Part shown: positions 9,865 to 19,138 of the stretch, in pieces
How the letters are laid out: each line of letters starts with the position of its first letter
How positions within the stretch are numbered: the stretch's first letter is position 1
Assembly (NCBI GenBank): GCA_963780895.1
Contig: CAWAEG010000009.1
Span: forward strand, 88,025 to 152,024
Origin: an uncultured Acidobacteriota bacterium
GTDB lineage: Bacteria > Acidobacteriota > Vicinamibacteria > Vicinamibacterales > SCN-69-37
Length of the DNA: 64,000 nucleotides
Direction: 5' to 3'
Translations under genes and position numbers: made by a program
Notes under the pieces: model-generated
The model's input: only the letters and a program-made list of their open reading frames with translations
Told to the model about the DNA's origin: nothing
Databases searched by the model: none

Positions 9865-9892
9865 CCGGGAAACGCGCCAGCCCCGGTTTTTT
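9865..9892 (+). terminator. Weak terminator-like hairpin plus T6 with no upstream plus-strand gene.
   Basis: ccggg-N12-cccgg is followed by tttttt (9887-9892), in the spacer between the protease start and the ABC substrate-binding gene. Confidence 0.25.
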
Positions 9893-9942
9893 GAGGCAAG
9901 AGCCGCAGAGTCTAGTCGAAACCCACGCTTTTTGAAAGCGGA

Positions 9943-11709
9943 TTGCAGAACCGTCGGAAACGAGGTCCAGTTTTGAAATCCAGCCGTCTGCTGGCGCTTG
10001 CGCTCGTGGTCGTCGCGATCAGCGCGGGCCTCTACTGGGCCCGCACTGGCCGATCCACCGACAGATCCGTCAGCCGCGGACCCGAGGTCGGCGGACGGCT
10101 CCTCGCGTCGTACAGCTCCGAGCCCAAGAGCTTCAACCGCCTCGTCTCGACGCTCGGCGCCGACGAGCTGATCTCCCGGCTCACGCAGACGACGCTCGTG
10201 CGTGTGAACCGTGCGTCGGGGGAGGTCGAGCCGCGGCTCGCACGCGAATGGTCGTCGTCGGCCGACGGCCTGACCTGGACCTTCAAGCTTCAGGAAGGCA
10301 TCACCTTTTCAGACGGCACCGCGTTCACCTCGTCGGACGTGCTCTTCACGTTCGCGGCGCTGTACGACCCGCGGGTGAAGAGCGGGATGGCGACGACCCT
10401 CTCCGTCAATGGCCGGCCGCTCGAGGTGAAAGCGCTCGACGCGCACACCGTCACGATCAAGTTCCCGTCGGTGTTCGGGCCAGGGATCACGTTGTTCGAT
10501 ACGCTGCCGATCCTGCCGAAACACAAGCTGCAGGCCGCGCTCGACGCCGGCACGTTCCGCGACGCCTGGAGCGCGACCACGGCGCCGTCGAGCATCACCG
10601 GGCTCGGCCCGTTCGTCCTGAAGTCGTATTCGCCCGGGCAGAGTCTGCTCTTCGAGCGCAATCGCCGTTTCTGGAGACGCGACGACCAAGGCCGGACGCT
10701 GCCGTATCTCGACGAAATCCAGATCGACATCATTCCGGACATGAGCGCGCAGGTCCTGCGACTCGAGTCCGGTACGGCCGATCTCATCAGCGATTCCATC
10801 CGGCCCGAAGATCTCGCCGCGTTCCGGAAACAGGAAGCGAACGGCGTCGTGAAACTGGCCGAAGCGGGCATCAGCATCGACCCCAACGTGCTCTGGTTCA
10901 ATCTGAGGCCCGGCACACCGGCCGCGAACGGTCGGCCCTGGCTTCAGGACGAAGCGCTGCGGCACGCGATTTCGTACGCGGTCAACCGGCAGACGATTGT
11001 CGACACGGTCTACCTGGGCGCCGCCGTGCCGATTTTCGGTCCCGTGACACCTGGCTACGGGGACTGGTACCTGCCTGACTTACCGCAGACCAAACACGAT
11101 CCAGCGAGAGCCCGGACGCTGCTCCGGTCGATCGGCATTGCCGACCGGAACGGCGACGAACTGTCCGAGGACGCGGCCGGCAAACCCGCGCGGTTTTCGA
11201 TATTGACCCAGAAAGGCAGCACACAACGCGAACGGATCGCCGCGATCGTGAAAGAACAGCTCCGAATCGTCGGACTCACCGCCGACGTCGTAGCCGCCGA
11301 CCCAGGCTCGCTGTTCGCGCGCTTCCAGAAGGGCGACTACGATTCGATCCTGTTCTACGCGCCCGTCGATTCGGTCGATCCGGCGCGGACGCCCGAGTTC
11401 TGGATGAGCGCGGGCCCGTTCCACTTCTGGAATCCGAATCAGCCCCGGCCCGCGACCGACTGGGAAGCGACGATCGACGACCTGATGCGGCAACTGACCA
11501 CGACGCTCGATGGCGCCAAGCGGCGGCAGCTCTTCGAGCAGGTGCAGCGGCTGGTGTCGGCGCATCTTCCGGTGCTGCACTTCGCCGCGCCGAAAGTCAC
11601 GATTGCGATGAGCGCGCGGCTGCACGGCGCGATGCCGTCGGTCTTCGACCCGCCCGTCTTGTGGAACGCCGAGGTGCTGTCCCTTTCAGGTCCGCCCGGC
11701 GGGAAGTAG
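9943..11709 (+). CDS. ABC transporter substrate-binding protein, peptide/nickel (family 5, DppA/OppA-like).
   Basis: 588-aa ORF with an N-terminal anchor (LLALALVVVAISAGLYWA). Length and sequence character are typical of SBP family 5. It is followed by two DppBC-type permeases. The start is uncertain (TTG 9943 or TTG 9973). Confidence 0.75.
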   Translation: MQNRRKRGPVLKSSRLLALALVVVAISAGLYWARTGRSTDRSVSRGPEVGGRLLASYSSEPKSFNRLVSTLGADELISRLTQTTLVRVNRASGEVEPRLAREWSSSADGLTWTFKLQEGITFSDGTAFTSSDVLFTFAALYDPRVKSGMATTLSVNGRPLEVKALDAHTVTIKFPSVFGPGITLFDTLPILPKHKLQAALDAGTFRDAWSATTAPSSITGLGPFVLKSYSPGQSLLFERNRRFWRRDDQGRTLPYLDEIQIDIIPDMSAQVLRLESGTADLISDSIRPEDLAAFRKQEANGVVKLAEAGISIDPNVLWFNLRPGTPAANGRPWLQDEALRHAISYAVNRQTIVDTVYLGAAVPIFGPVTPGYGDWYLPDLPQTKHDPARARTLLRSIGIADRNGDELSEDAAGKPARFSILTQKGSTQRERIAAIVKEQLRIVGLTADVVAADPGSLFARFQKGDYDSILFYAPVDSVDPARTPEFWMSAGPFHFWNPNQPRPATDWEATIDDLMRQLTTTLDGAKRRQLFEQVQRLVSAHLPVLHFAAPKVTIAMSARLHGAMPSVFDPPVLWNAEVLSLSGPPGGK

Positions 11710-12629
11710 TGAGCCGCACGGTCTGGACGTTCCTGATCCGAAGGATTTTCGGCGCCGTCGTGTTCGTGGCCGTCGTCTCGACGAGTGCGCTCGTCCTCGT
11801 CCGCCTCGCGCCGGGCGATGCCGCAACGGTGCTCGCGCTCAAAGGCACCGACGCGGCGACGCTCGAGGACATCCGGCAGCGCTACAAGATTGGCCTCCCG
11901 GTGCTGGACCAGCTTGGCGACTGGGTGAGCGGCGTCGCGCGCCTGGATCTCGGCCAGTCCTATCTCTACGGCCGGCCGGTGGCGGGGCTCGTGATCGAGC
12001 GGGCCCAGCGAACGGCGCTCCTCGCCGCGATCGTGCTCGTGGTGGCGACCCTCATCGGCCTGCCGCTCGGCGTGCTCACCGGCGCTCGTCCGCGAGGTCT
12101 TCTGGCTGCGCTCGTCTCGCCGCTTTCGATCGCGCTCGTCGCCTGTCCGCCGATCGTTGGCGCCCTCGCCCTACTCCTGCTCGCGGCGACCACCGGATGG
12201 CTGCCCACGTCGCCGGGAAGTCTTGCGGTGCCGACGCTCGCCCTCGCGCTGCCGCTGGCCGCTTCACTCGAGCGGCTCCAGTCGCAGGCCACGGCCGAGT
12301 CGCTCGCGGCTCCGGACATCACGGCGACCGCGGCGCGCGGCGTCCCGCGCGCGCGGCTGATCTGGATTCACGCGGCCCGCCAGTCGCTGCGGCCGGTTCT
12401 GGGCGTCTACGGCATCGTGATCGGCACGCTCTTCAGCGGATCGCTCGCGGTCGAGGTGATCACCGGCTGGCCCGGCCTCGGGCGCCTCATGTCGGACGCG
12501 CTCGTCGGCCGCGATCTGTATCTTGCGACCGGGTGCGCGCTCGCGGGCGCGGTCCTGATCGCGTTGGGCAACACGATCGCGGACCTCACGCGGGCGATCG
12601 TCGATCCGAGGATCGAGAGCGGACCATGA
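11709..12629 (+). CDS. ABC transporter permease (DppB/OppB-like).
   Basis: GTG 11709 overlaps the upstream TAG by 1 nt. The N-terminus VSRTVWTFLIRRIFGAVVFVAVV is typical for this family, and the protein is multi-pass hydrophobic. Confidence 0.75.
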   Translation: MSRTVWTFLIRRIFGAVVFVAVVSTSALVLVRLAPGDAATVLALKGTDAATLEDIRQRYKIGLPVLDQLGDWVSGVARLDLGQSYLYGRPVAGLVIERAQRTALLAAIVLVVATLIGLPLGVLTGARPRGLLAALVSPLSIALVACPPIVGALALLLLAATTGWLPTSPGSLAVPTLALALPLAASLERLQSQATAESLAAPDITATAARGVPRARLIWIHAARQSLRPVLGVYGIVIGTLFSGSLAVEVITGWPGLGRLMSDALVGRDLYLATGCALAGAVLIALGNTIADLTRAIVDPRIESGP

Positions 12630-13630
12630 CGCGGGCGAGCGCGCGCGTCGGTCTGTCGATGCTGGCGGCCTTCGGCGCGCTGGCGCTGCTCGCGCCCGTG
12701 CTCGCCCCGAATCCGCCCGGTGAGCAGTTTGCCGACCGCGCGTATGCGCCGCCCGCCCGCGTGCGAGTGCGCGACGCGTCCGGTTTCCGCGCGCCATTCG
12801 TCTATCGCCAGGTCCTCGTCGATCGGCTGTTCCGCGAGTACCGCGAAGACACCAGCACCCCGGTCCCGCTCCGCTGGTTCGCCGGGGGACGCGTGATCTC
12901 GACGCCGCCGGAGGCCGGTCCGTTGCTGCTGCTCGGCGCGGATGCGCTCGGACGCGACATCTTCGCGCGGCTCGTCCACGGCGCACGGCGCTCGCTCGGC
13001 GTCGTGATGTTGGGCGCGTTCGGCGCGCTCGTGCTCGGCACGCTCATCGGCGGCGCGGCCGGCGGACTGGGCGGACGGATCGAATCGGCGCTGATGCGCG
13101 TGGCCGACTTCGTGATCGTGCTGCCGGGCGCGTATCTGATCCTCGTGCTGCGAGGTGTCCTGCCCGAGGTCCTGTCGTCGACCGAAGTCTTCGGGCTGAT
13201 GTCGCTGCTGTTTGCGGTGGCGGCCTGGCCGCACGTGGCGCGGGGTGTGCGGGCGATCGTCGCGGTCGAGCGCGCACGCGACTACGCGGACGCTGCGCGG
13301 GCCTCGGGCGCCGGCCCGCTGCGTGTCATCTCGCACCTGCTGCCGGCCGCGCATGGGTTTCTCGCCGTGGAGATCGTGCTGCTCGTGCCGGCGCTGCTCG
13401 TGGCCGAAGCGACCGTCTCGTATCTCGGTCTCGGCTTCCCCGAGCCCGACGCGAGCTGGGGGACGATGCTGCGCGACGCGGCGGACATCCGCGTGATGAC
13501 CGAAGCGCCGTGGATGCTCGCGCCGGTGCTCGCGCTGTTCCTCGTCGTGCTCGGCGTGCAGCTCGTCGGGTCGGCCCGCGATTCGGCGACCGTGCTGCTC
13601 CTCGGCGAGCGGCGGGCGAAGGCTACGTAG
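12626..13630 (+). CDS. ABC transporter permease (DppC/OppC-like).
   Basis: ATG 12626 forms an ATGA overlap with the upstream stop. The protein-like part of ORF 12197..13630 begins MTRASARVGLSMLAAFGALALLAPVLAPNPPGEQF. Confidence 0.75.
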   Translation: MTRASARVGLSMLAAFGALALLAPVLAPNPPGEQFADRAYAPPARVRVRDASGFRAPFVYRQVLVDRLFREYREDTSTPVPLRWFAGGRVISTPPEAGPLLLLGADALGRDIFARLVHGARRSLGVVMLGAFGALVLGTLIGGAAGGLGGRIESALMRVADFVIVLPGAYLILVLRGVLPEVLSSTEVFGLMSLLFAVAAWPHVARGVRAIVAVERARDYADAARASGAGPLRVISHLLPAAHGFLAVEIVLLVPALLVAEATVSYLGLGFPEPDASWGTMLRDAADIRVMTEAPWMLAPVLALFLVVLGVQLVGSARDSATVLLLGERRAKAT

Positions 13631-13669
13631 CGGCGGGCTTTGGAGCGTTTTGCCAGATCTGCGTAGCAT

Positions 13670-13844
13670 GTTCCTGCGGCCTCCCGCTCGCCGCTTGCCG
13701 CAAGGCAGCCGCCTTCGCTGAAGCTACGGCGGGCCAGGGCTGCGTCCGCTGAAGCTACGGCGGGCCAAGGGGCCTGCCACGCGCCCGGCGGCGCGTGTAC
13801 CAGAGAAGTCGCGCTCGCAAAGGTCGGCCTTCGGAACACGCGAC
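13670..13844. repeat. Dispersed repeat, copy A (two conserved blocks separated by a ~100-bp insert containing a direct duplication gctgaagctacggcgggcca).
   Basis: Blocks 13670-13709 and 13810-13844 are near-identical to the reverse complement of 58487-58526 and 58433-58466. Confidence 0.8.
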
Positions 13845-14092
13845 GCAGATCTGGAAAGCGCTATAGCCGCCTGACGTCTGGCCGGCTGAAGCCGGCCGCT
13901 ACGACTGGCGTGGCCGTTTGACAGCGCCGACCCCGCGCCGCTAGCCTCGCAAATAGACTGTCCGCGCGAGGAAAGCGAGTCGGCGAGCGCCGGAGCGCGG
14001 GCGAGCGGGGGTGGGCCGCCTTCGCGCCGAAGGCGCTTCGGCGAGCTTGGCCGTAGCCTTGGCGGAGGCCAGGCTCCGCGAGCAGGAGGAAA

Positions 14093-15001
14093 ATGAAGGA
14101 CCGGCTGCGCGGCATCTTTCCACCCATCCCCACGACTTTTGACGATCACGGCGACGTGGACGCGGCCGCCATCGCGTCGAACGTCCGGCAGTGGATGACG
14201 ACGGGCCTCGCGGGCATCCTCGCGCTCGGCTCGAACGGCGAGGCGGGGCTCGTCGACGACGACGAGGGCGATCGCGTCGTGCGCGCGGTCCGGCAGGCGA
14301 TGCCAGCCGGCAAACTGCTCCTTGTCGGCACCGGCCGCGAGTCCACGCGCGGGACGATCGCTGCGACGAAGCGCGCGGCCGATCTCGGCGCGGACGCGGT
14401 GCTCATTCGCACGCCCTCCTTCTTCAAGTCGCAGATGACGGTGGACGCGCTGACGAAGCACTACACCACCGTCGCCGACGCGTCGCCGGTGCCGGTGCTG
14501 CTGTACAACCTGCCGGGTCCGACCGGGATTACGCTCACGCTGCCGTTGATTCAGGCACTGGCCGGCCATCCGAACGTCATCGGCGTGAAAGAGACGAGCC
14601 CTGAACTCGATCGCCTCGGCCAGTTCGCCGCGGTCCGTCCCGAACGATTTTCCGTAATGTGCGGCTGGGCACCGGTCGTGTATCCGGCGATCGTCGCGGG
14701 CGCAACGGGCGCGATCCTGGCTGTGGCCAACGTGCTTCCCAGCGAGACGGTGACGCTCTTCGAGCACATCCAGGCCGGACGGCATGCCGAGGCGCTCGCC
14801 TTGCAGCGGCGCCTCACGCCGATCGCGCAAATGGTGAGCACCACGCACGGCGTCGCAGGGCTCAAGGCCGCGCTCGATCTGGTCGGGTACCGAGGTGGAC
14901 CGGTGCGCGCGCCACTGCTGCCGGTGCCGGATCGTGTGCGCGGCGAGATCGCGCAGGCGATCGAGGCCGTGGCGCGCCACCATCATGCTTCCGCAGGCTG
15001 A
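14093..15001 (+). CDS. DapA-family class I aldolase (dihydrodipicolinate synthase / 4-hydroxy-2-oxoglutarate aldolase-like).
   Basis: 302-aa ORF with LGSNGE and the Schiff-base lysine context NVIGVKETS. Confidence 0.75.
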   Translation: MKDRLRGIFPPIPTTFDDHGDVDAAAIASNVRQWMTTGLAGILALGSNGEAGLVDDDEGDRVVRAVRQAMPAGKLLLVGTGRESTRGTIAATKRAADLGADAVLIRTPSFFKSQMTVDALTKHYTTVADASPVPVLLYNLPGPTGITLTLPLIQALAGHPNVIGVKETSPELDRLGQFAAVRPERFSVMCGWAPVVYPAIVAGATGAILAVANVLPSETVTLFEHIQAGRHAEALALQRRLTPIAQMVSTTHGVAGLKAALDLVGYRGGPVRAPLLPVPDRVRGEIAQAIEAVARHHHASAG

Positions 15002-16073
15002 TCGACTCCTTCTCGGACCCGGGCCGTCGCCGGTGTCACCGCGCGTGCTGGCGGCCCTGGGCGCATCCCCGCGATCGCATCTCGATCCGGAGCTCGTGGC
15101 GCTTCTCGACGATATACGCACGAGACTCGCGCAGGTCTTCCGCGCGCCGTCCGGGGCGCTGACGCTCGCGATCTCCGGCACCGGCACCTCGGGGATGGAG
15201 GCCGTCGTCGGCAATCTGACTCAGCCGGGAAGCCGGGCGCTCGCGATCGTGACCGGCTACTTCGGCGCCCGTCTCGCGGATGTGCTCCGGCGCTACGGCG
15301 CCGACGTGACGACGATCGACGTCGAATGGGGCCGCGCCGTCGATCCCGCGGACGTCAAGCGTGCGCTCGAAGACGGGCGATTCGATCTCGTCGCCATCGT
15401 GCACGCGGAGACATCCACGGGCGTGCGAAATCCCATCGAGCAGATCGCCCGGCTCGCGCGCGAGCAGGACGCGATCACCATCGTCGACGCCGTGACGTCG
15501 CTCGGCGCCATGCCGCTCGAGACCGGCGAGTGGCAGGTGGACGCGTGTTATTCGTGCTCACAGAAAGGGCTTGGCGCGCCCTCGGGACTGTCACCCGTGA
15601 TGTTCGGTCCGCGCGCGCTCGAGCGCCGCGTGGCGTGCCGAAGCTTCTATCTCGATCTCGCGCTCCTCGAGGATTACTGGCTGCGGCGGAAATATCACCA
15701 CACCATCTCCGCGCCGCTCGTCTATGCGCTCGCAGCCGCGCTGGACGAAGTGGTCGAGGAGGGTCTCGAGGCGCGGTGGGCGCGGCACGAACGCGTGCAT
15801 CACACGCTGGTCACCGCGCTCGCTCCAATAGGTCTCTCACTGCTCCCGCCAGAGGCCGAACGCCTCTGGAGCCTGAACGCCGTGCGCGTGCCGGCCGGCG
15901 TGGACGAAGCGTCGGTTCGGGCATGTCTCTTGCAACGTCACGATATCGAGATTGGCGCGGGCCTCGGTCCGCTCGCCGGCAAAATCTGGCGAATCGGACT
16001 GATGGGATCGGGCGCCACGACGGCCAACGCCGAGCGCGTTTCGCACGCACTCGCGGACGCGCTCCGGACGTAG
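14985..16073 (+). CDS. Class V aminotransferase (serine-pyruvate / alanine-glyoxylate aminotransferase-like).
   Basis: The protein-like sequence starts MLPQADRLLLGPGPSPVSPRVL at ATG 14985. The PLP-lysine context is CYSCSQKGLGAPSG. It overlaps the upstream gene by 17 nt. Confidence 0.75.
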   Translation: MLPQADRLLLGPGPSPVSPRVLAALGASPRSHLDPELVALLDDIRTRLAQVFRAPSGALTLAISGTGTSGMEAVVGNLTQPGSRALAIVTGYFGARLADVLRRYGADVTTIDVEWGRAVDPADVKRALEDGRFDLVAIVHAETSTGVRNPIEQIARLAREQDAITIVDAVTSLGAMPLETGEWQVDACYSCSQKGLGAPSGLSPVMFGPRALERRVACRSFYLDLALLEDYWLRRKYHHTISAPLVYALAAALDEVVEEGLEARWARHERVHHTLVTALAPIGLSLLPPEAERLWSLNAVRVPAGVDEASVRACLLQRHDIEIGAGLGPLAGKIWRIGLMGSGATTANAERVSHALADALRT

Positions 16074-16173
16074 CGGGACCGAGCCCGCCAGGCATCGTCA
16101 GCCCGGACGGCGCGGCGGGCTTCAGCTGCTCAGCCGGCCTCTGCGACTTGTCTTTCAGAGAACAGGACGCGAC

Positions 16174-17607
16174 ATGAGATTCGCCCGCACGCTGTTGATC
16201 GTTCTCGTGGCCACCGGCTGCGCGACCAATCCCGCTACAGGGCGCCGGCAGGTCATTCTGATGTCCGAGGCCGAAGAAATCCAGCTCGGCAAGCAGACGG
16301 ATGCCGAAGTCCGGAAGCAGATGGGTCTCTACGAGGACGCCGAGCTGCAGCGGTACGTGCGCGACGTCGGCGATCGACTGGTGCGCGCGGCGCACCGGCC
16401 GAATCTTCCCTGGTCGTTCGCCGTCGTCGACGAGCCGGCCGTGAACGCGTTCGCGCTGCCTGGCGGGTACATCTATCTCACGCGCGGCATCATGCCGTTC
16501 CTGCGCGACGAAGCGGAGCTCGCCGCGGTGCTCGGCCATGAGATCGGCCACGTGGATGCGCGCCACCAGGCGGCCGCGTACTCACGGCAGACGCTCGCGG
16601 GCGGCGGCCTGGCGGTCCTGGGCATCCTCGTGCCCGAAACGCAGCCCCTGCAGGGCGTCGCGCAGGTCGCGTTCGGGATGCTGTTCCTGAAGCATGGCCG
16701 CGAGGACGAGCTCGAGTCGGATCGGCTCGGCGTGACCTATGCGGCGGCGAGCGGGTGGGATCCCGAAGGCATGAAGGGGCTGCTCAGCACGCTGGCGCGG
16801 CTCGACGAAGCATCCGGGTCCCGGCGCGGCGTGCCGAACTGGGCGCTTACTCATCCGCCGGCGGCCGACCGTGCCGTGAAAGTGGAAGAGGCCGTGACGA
16901 CCGCGCCCGCCCGCGGCACCGCGCGGAACCAGCCCGCGCTGGACAAGGTGCTCGACGGCATCGTCTTCGGCGACAGCCGCGAGAAGGGCATCGTGCGTGG
17001 CAACGAGTTCCTCCACCCGGTGCTGAGCTTCGCCTTGCGGTTCCCGCAGGGCTGGGAGATCGTCAACACGAACGAGCAGGTCGCGGCACGCGAGAACGAA
17101 GAGAGCAACGTCGCCATCGTGCTCCAGCTCGCGACGGCGACGGGATCGATCCAGCAGACGGCGCGGCTCGGTATGGCGAAGGCGGGGTTTCGGGAAGCAG
17201 CCGGCGAACGCACGGATATCAACGGTCAGCCCGCGTACGTCGGCATTTATGACGGTGCGATCAACAACACGCGCGTCAGAGTCCGCGCCGCGCATATCCA
17301 GTCGGGTGGACGGGTGTATCTCGTCGCGGGGATCGCGCCGGCCTCGCAGTTCGGCAGGGCTGACTCGCTTTTCGAGGCCGCCATCTCGTCGTTCCGTCCC
17401 CTCGCTCGCGCCGAAGCCGAGCGGGTTCAGCCCAACCGCGATCGATTTCCACACCGTGCGCGGTCGGGCGAGACGTGGGAGTCGATCGCGAAAGGCCCCG
17501 GCGGCGGTGCCGTGCGCGCCTCCACGCTGGCCATCATGAACGGCCGCGACGTCACGACCCAGCCGCGATCCGGCGAACGCATCCGGATCGTCGTCAGCGG
17601 AATGTAA
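16174..17607 (+). CDS. M48-family zinc metalloprotease lipoprotein with a LysM-like C-terminus.
   Basis: Lipobox LIVLVATGCA, zinc motif GHEIGHVDARH, and C-terminal SGETWESIAKG...LAIMNGRD...GERIRIV. Confidence 0.75.
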   Translation: MRFARTLLIVLVATGCATNPATGRRQVILMSEAEEIQLGKQTDAEVRKQMGLYEDAELQRYVRDVGDRLVRAAHRPNLPWSFAVVDEPAVNAFALPGGYIYLTRGIMPFLRDEAELAAVLGHEIGHVDARHQAAAYSRQTLAGGGLAVLGILVPETQPLQGVAQVAFGMLFLKHGREDELESDRLGVTYAAASGWDPEGMKGLLSTLARLDEASGSRRGVPNWALTHPPAADRAVKVEEAVTTAPARGTARNQPALDKVLDGIVFGDSREKGIVRGNEFLHPVLSFALRFPQGWEIVNTNEQVAARENEESNVAIVLQLATATGSIQQTARLGMAKAGFREAAGERTDINGQPAYVGIYDGAINNTRVRVRAAHIQSGGRVYLVAGIAPASQFGRADSLFEAAISSFRPLARAEAERVQPNRDRFPHRARSGETWESIAKGPGGGAVRASTLAIMNGRDVTTQPRSGERIRIVVSGM

Positions 17608-17636
17608 GGGCACACGTAGAATGAGATCGTCGTGTC

Positions 17637-18413
17637 ATGAAGAAGTGGCTGCGCAGGCTCTATCGCGGAGCCGTGGGGACTATGGCCGTGCTGTTTGCCA
17701 CGTTGTCCTACACGTGGCTCACGCTGCCCGACGTGCGGACGCTGCGCAAGGAAACACCGGCGCGGACGTCGTTCATGCTCCTCCGCGCCCGCGAAGCGGC
17801 CGACGCGGGTAAGAGCCCACGCTTCTCACACCGCTGGGTGAGCTACTCACGCATCAGCCCCACCCTCGTGCGCGCCGTCCTCGTCACCGAAGACGCCGCC
17901 TTCTACCAGCACGACGGCGTGGACCTGGACGAGATCAAAGCCTCGATGGAGATCAACTGGGCAAAGGGTGAATTCGTCCGCGGCGGCTCGACCATCACCC
18001 AGCAGCTCGCCAAGAATCTCTACCTGACGCCGTCGAAGAATCCGTATCGCAAGCTGACGGAGCTCTTCGTGACGCGCCGGCTCGAAATGGAGCTGAGCAA
18101 AGCCCGGATTCTCGAGCTCTACCTGAACCTCATCGAATGGGGCGACGGCATCTGGGGGGCGGAGGCGGCCGCGCGGGCCTATTTCGGCGTGCCGGCGAGC
18201 GCGTTGTCGGCCGAGCAGTCTGCCTTGCTCGCGGGCGCGATCATCAACCCGCGCGTCTACAGACCGTCCCATCCGAACGCCCGGCTGCGCAATCGTCAGG
18301 CGATCATCCTGGCCCGGATTGGCTATGTGACGCCGCCGTCACCCATTCCCTCACTCGATATTCCGATTGGCGTCGGACTGCCGCCGGCCACGGGCGGCTC
18401 CGGGTCCGAGTGA
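17637..18413 (+). CDS. mtgA: Monofunctional peptidoglycan glycosyltransferase (GT51).
   Basis: GT51 motifs EDAAFYQHDGVD and RGGSTITQQLAKNLYL, with a single N-terminal anchor. Confidence 0.85.
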   Translation: MKKWLRRLYRGAVGTMAVLFATLSYTWLTLPDVRTLRKETPARTSFMLLRAREAADAGKSPRFSHRWVSYSRISPTLVRAVLVTEDAAFYQHDGVDLDEIKASMEINWAKGEFVRGGSTITQQLAKNLYLTPSKNPYRKLTELFVTRRLEMELSKARILELYLNLIEWGDGIWGAEAAARAYFGVPASALSAEQSALLAGAIINPRVYRPSHPNARLRNRQAIILARIGYVTPPSPIPSLDIPIGVGLPPATGGSGSE

Positions 18414-18427
18414 CCCGTCAGTCGTCG

Positions 18428-18976
18428 TCAGAACAACCGTCGCGCGCCCAGAAACCGCGGACGCCAGTACGGCGATTCGAGCACGTCGACGCGCACCACG
18501 CCGCTGGCGCCAGGGGCGTGGACGAACGCACGTCCGGACCGACCGTCAGGTGCCTGCGCGGGATCGATCGCCATACCGACGTGCGATGCGCCGCGCGACT
18601 CCGTCTCAAAAAAGAGCAGATCGCCCACCTGGATCTCCTGCTCGCGAACTTTCCGGCCGTAGTCCCACTGCTCGCGCACGGTTCGCGGCAGTTCCCATCC
18701 CTGATCGCGGAACAGGAATCGGACGAGACCGCTGCAGTCGAACCCCGTCGACGGCGTTTCACCGCCAAGGAGGTAAGGCGTGCCCTGAAGCGCGAGGGCC
18801 GTCTGTAACAGGCGCAGGACATCCAGTGGCGCGATGGGCGCGGGCGAGACCGGTGCGGCTCGGGAGACGACGGGAGCGCCTGGGAACGCCGCTGGTCCGA
18901 CGCCCCCGGACGCCGAGGCGCAGCCGGTCGTGAGTATGCTGACGACGGTGATACAGGTGGCCCTCGGGAAGTGCAT
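18428..18976 (-). CDS. NlpC/P60 (C40) peptidoglycan endopeptidase lipoprotein.
   Basis: Lipobox LTTGCAS, catalytic Cys context GFDCSGLVRFLF, and downstream ASHVGMAI. Confidence 0.8.
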   Translation of the reverse strand: MHFPRATCITVVSILTTGCASASGGVGPAAFPGAPVVSRAAPVSPAPIAPLDVLRLLQTALALQGTPYLLGGETPSTGFDCSGLVRFLFRDQGWELPRTVREQWDYGRKVREQEIQVGDLLFFETESRGASHVGMAIDPAQAPDGRSGRAFVHAPGASGVVRVDVLESPYWRPRFLGARRLF

Positions 18977-19002
18977 GGGGTGTAGGTACTATCGGCGCGT
19001 AC

Positions 19003-19050
19003 AGACCTCGGGTTTCGTTTTAGCCAGGACGAAAAATGAAACCCGATGTC
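19003..19050. repeat. ACCTCGGGTTTC hairpin family, copy 1.
   Basis: agacctcgggtttcgtttt - loop - aaaaatgaaacccgatgtc, in the divergent spacer between the NlpC/P60 and HNH genes. Confidence 0.8.
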
Positions 19051-19138
19051 AAGGTAACTCTCTGACTACATTAGTGTTACGACCGCACCTCTCTTGACAA
19101 GGCGCGGAATTTCCAGTGAAAATGGCCCAATTTCAGTC

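Noticed and set aside
13282-13839. ORFs beginning MFR[R/S]PTFASA...CLAASGERE in both copies of the dispersed repeat (13282..13839 minus strand, 58438..58878 plus strand) as a conserved small protein.
   Set aside because: Similarity is confined to the two nucleotide blocks and is interrupted by a ~100-bp insertion in one copy. Both ORFs run into or overlap well-supported genes (the permease 3' end and the FAH gene). They are treated as non-coding repeat.
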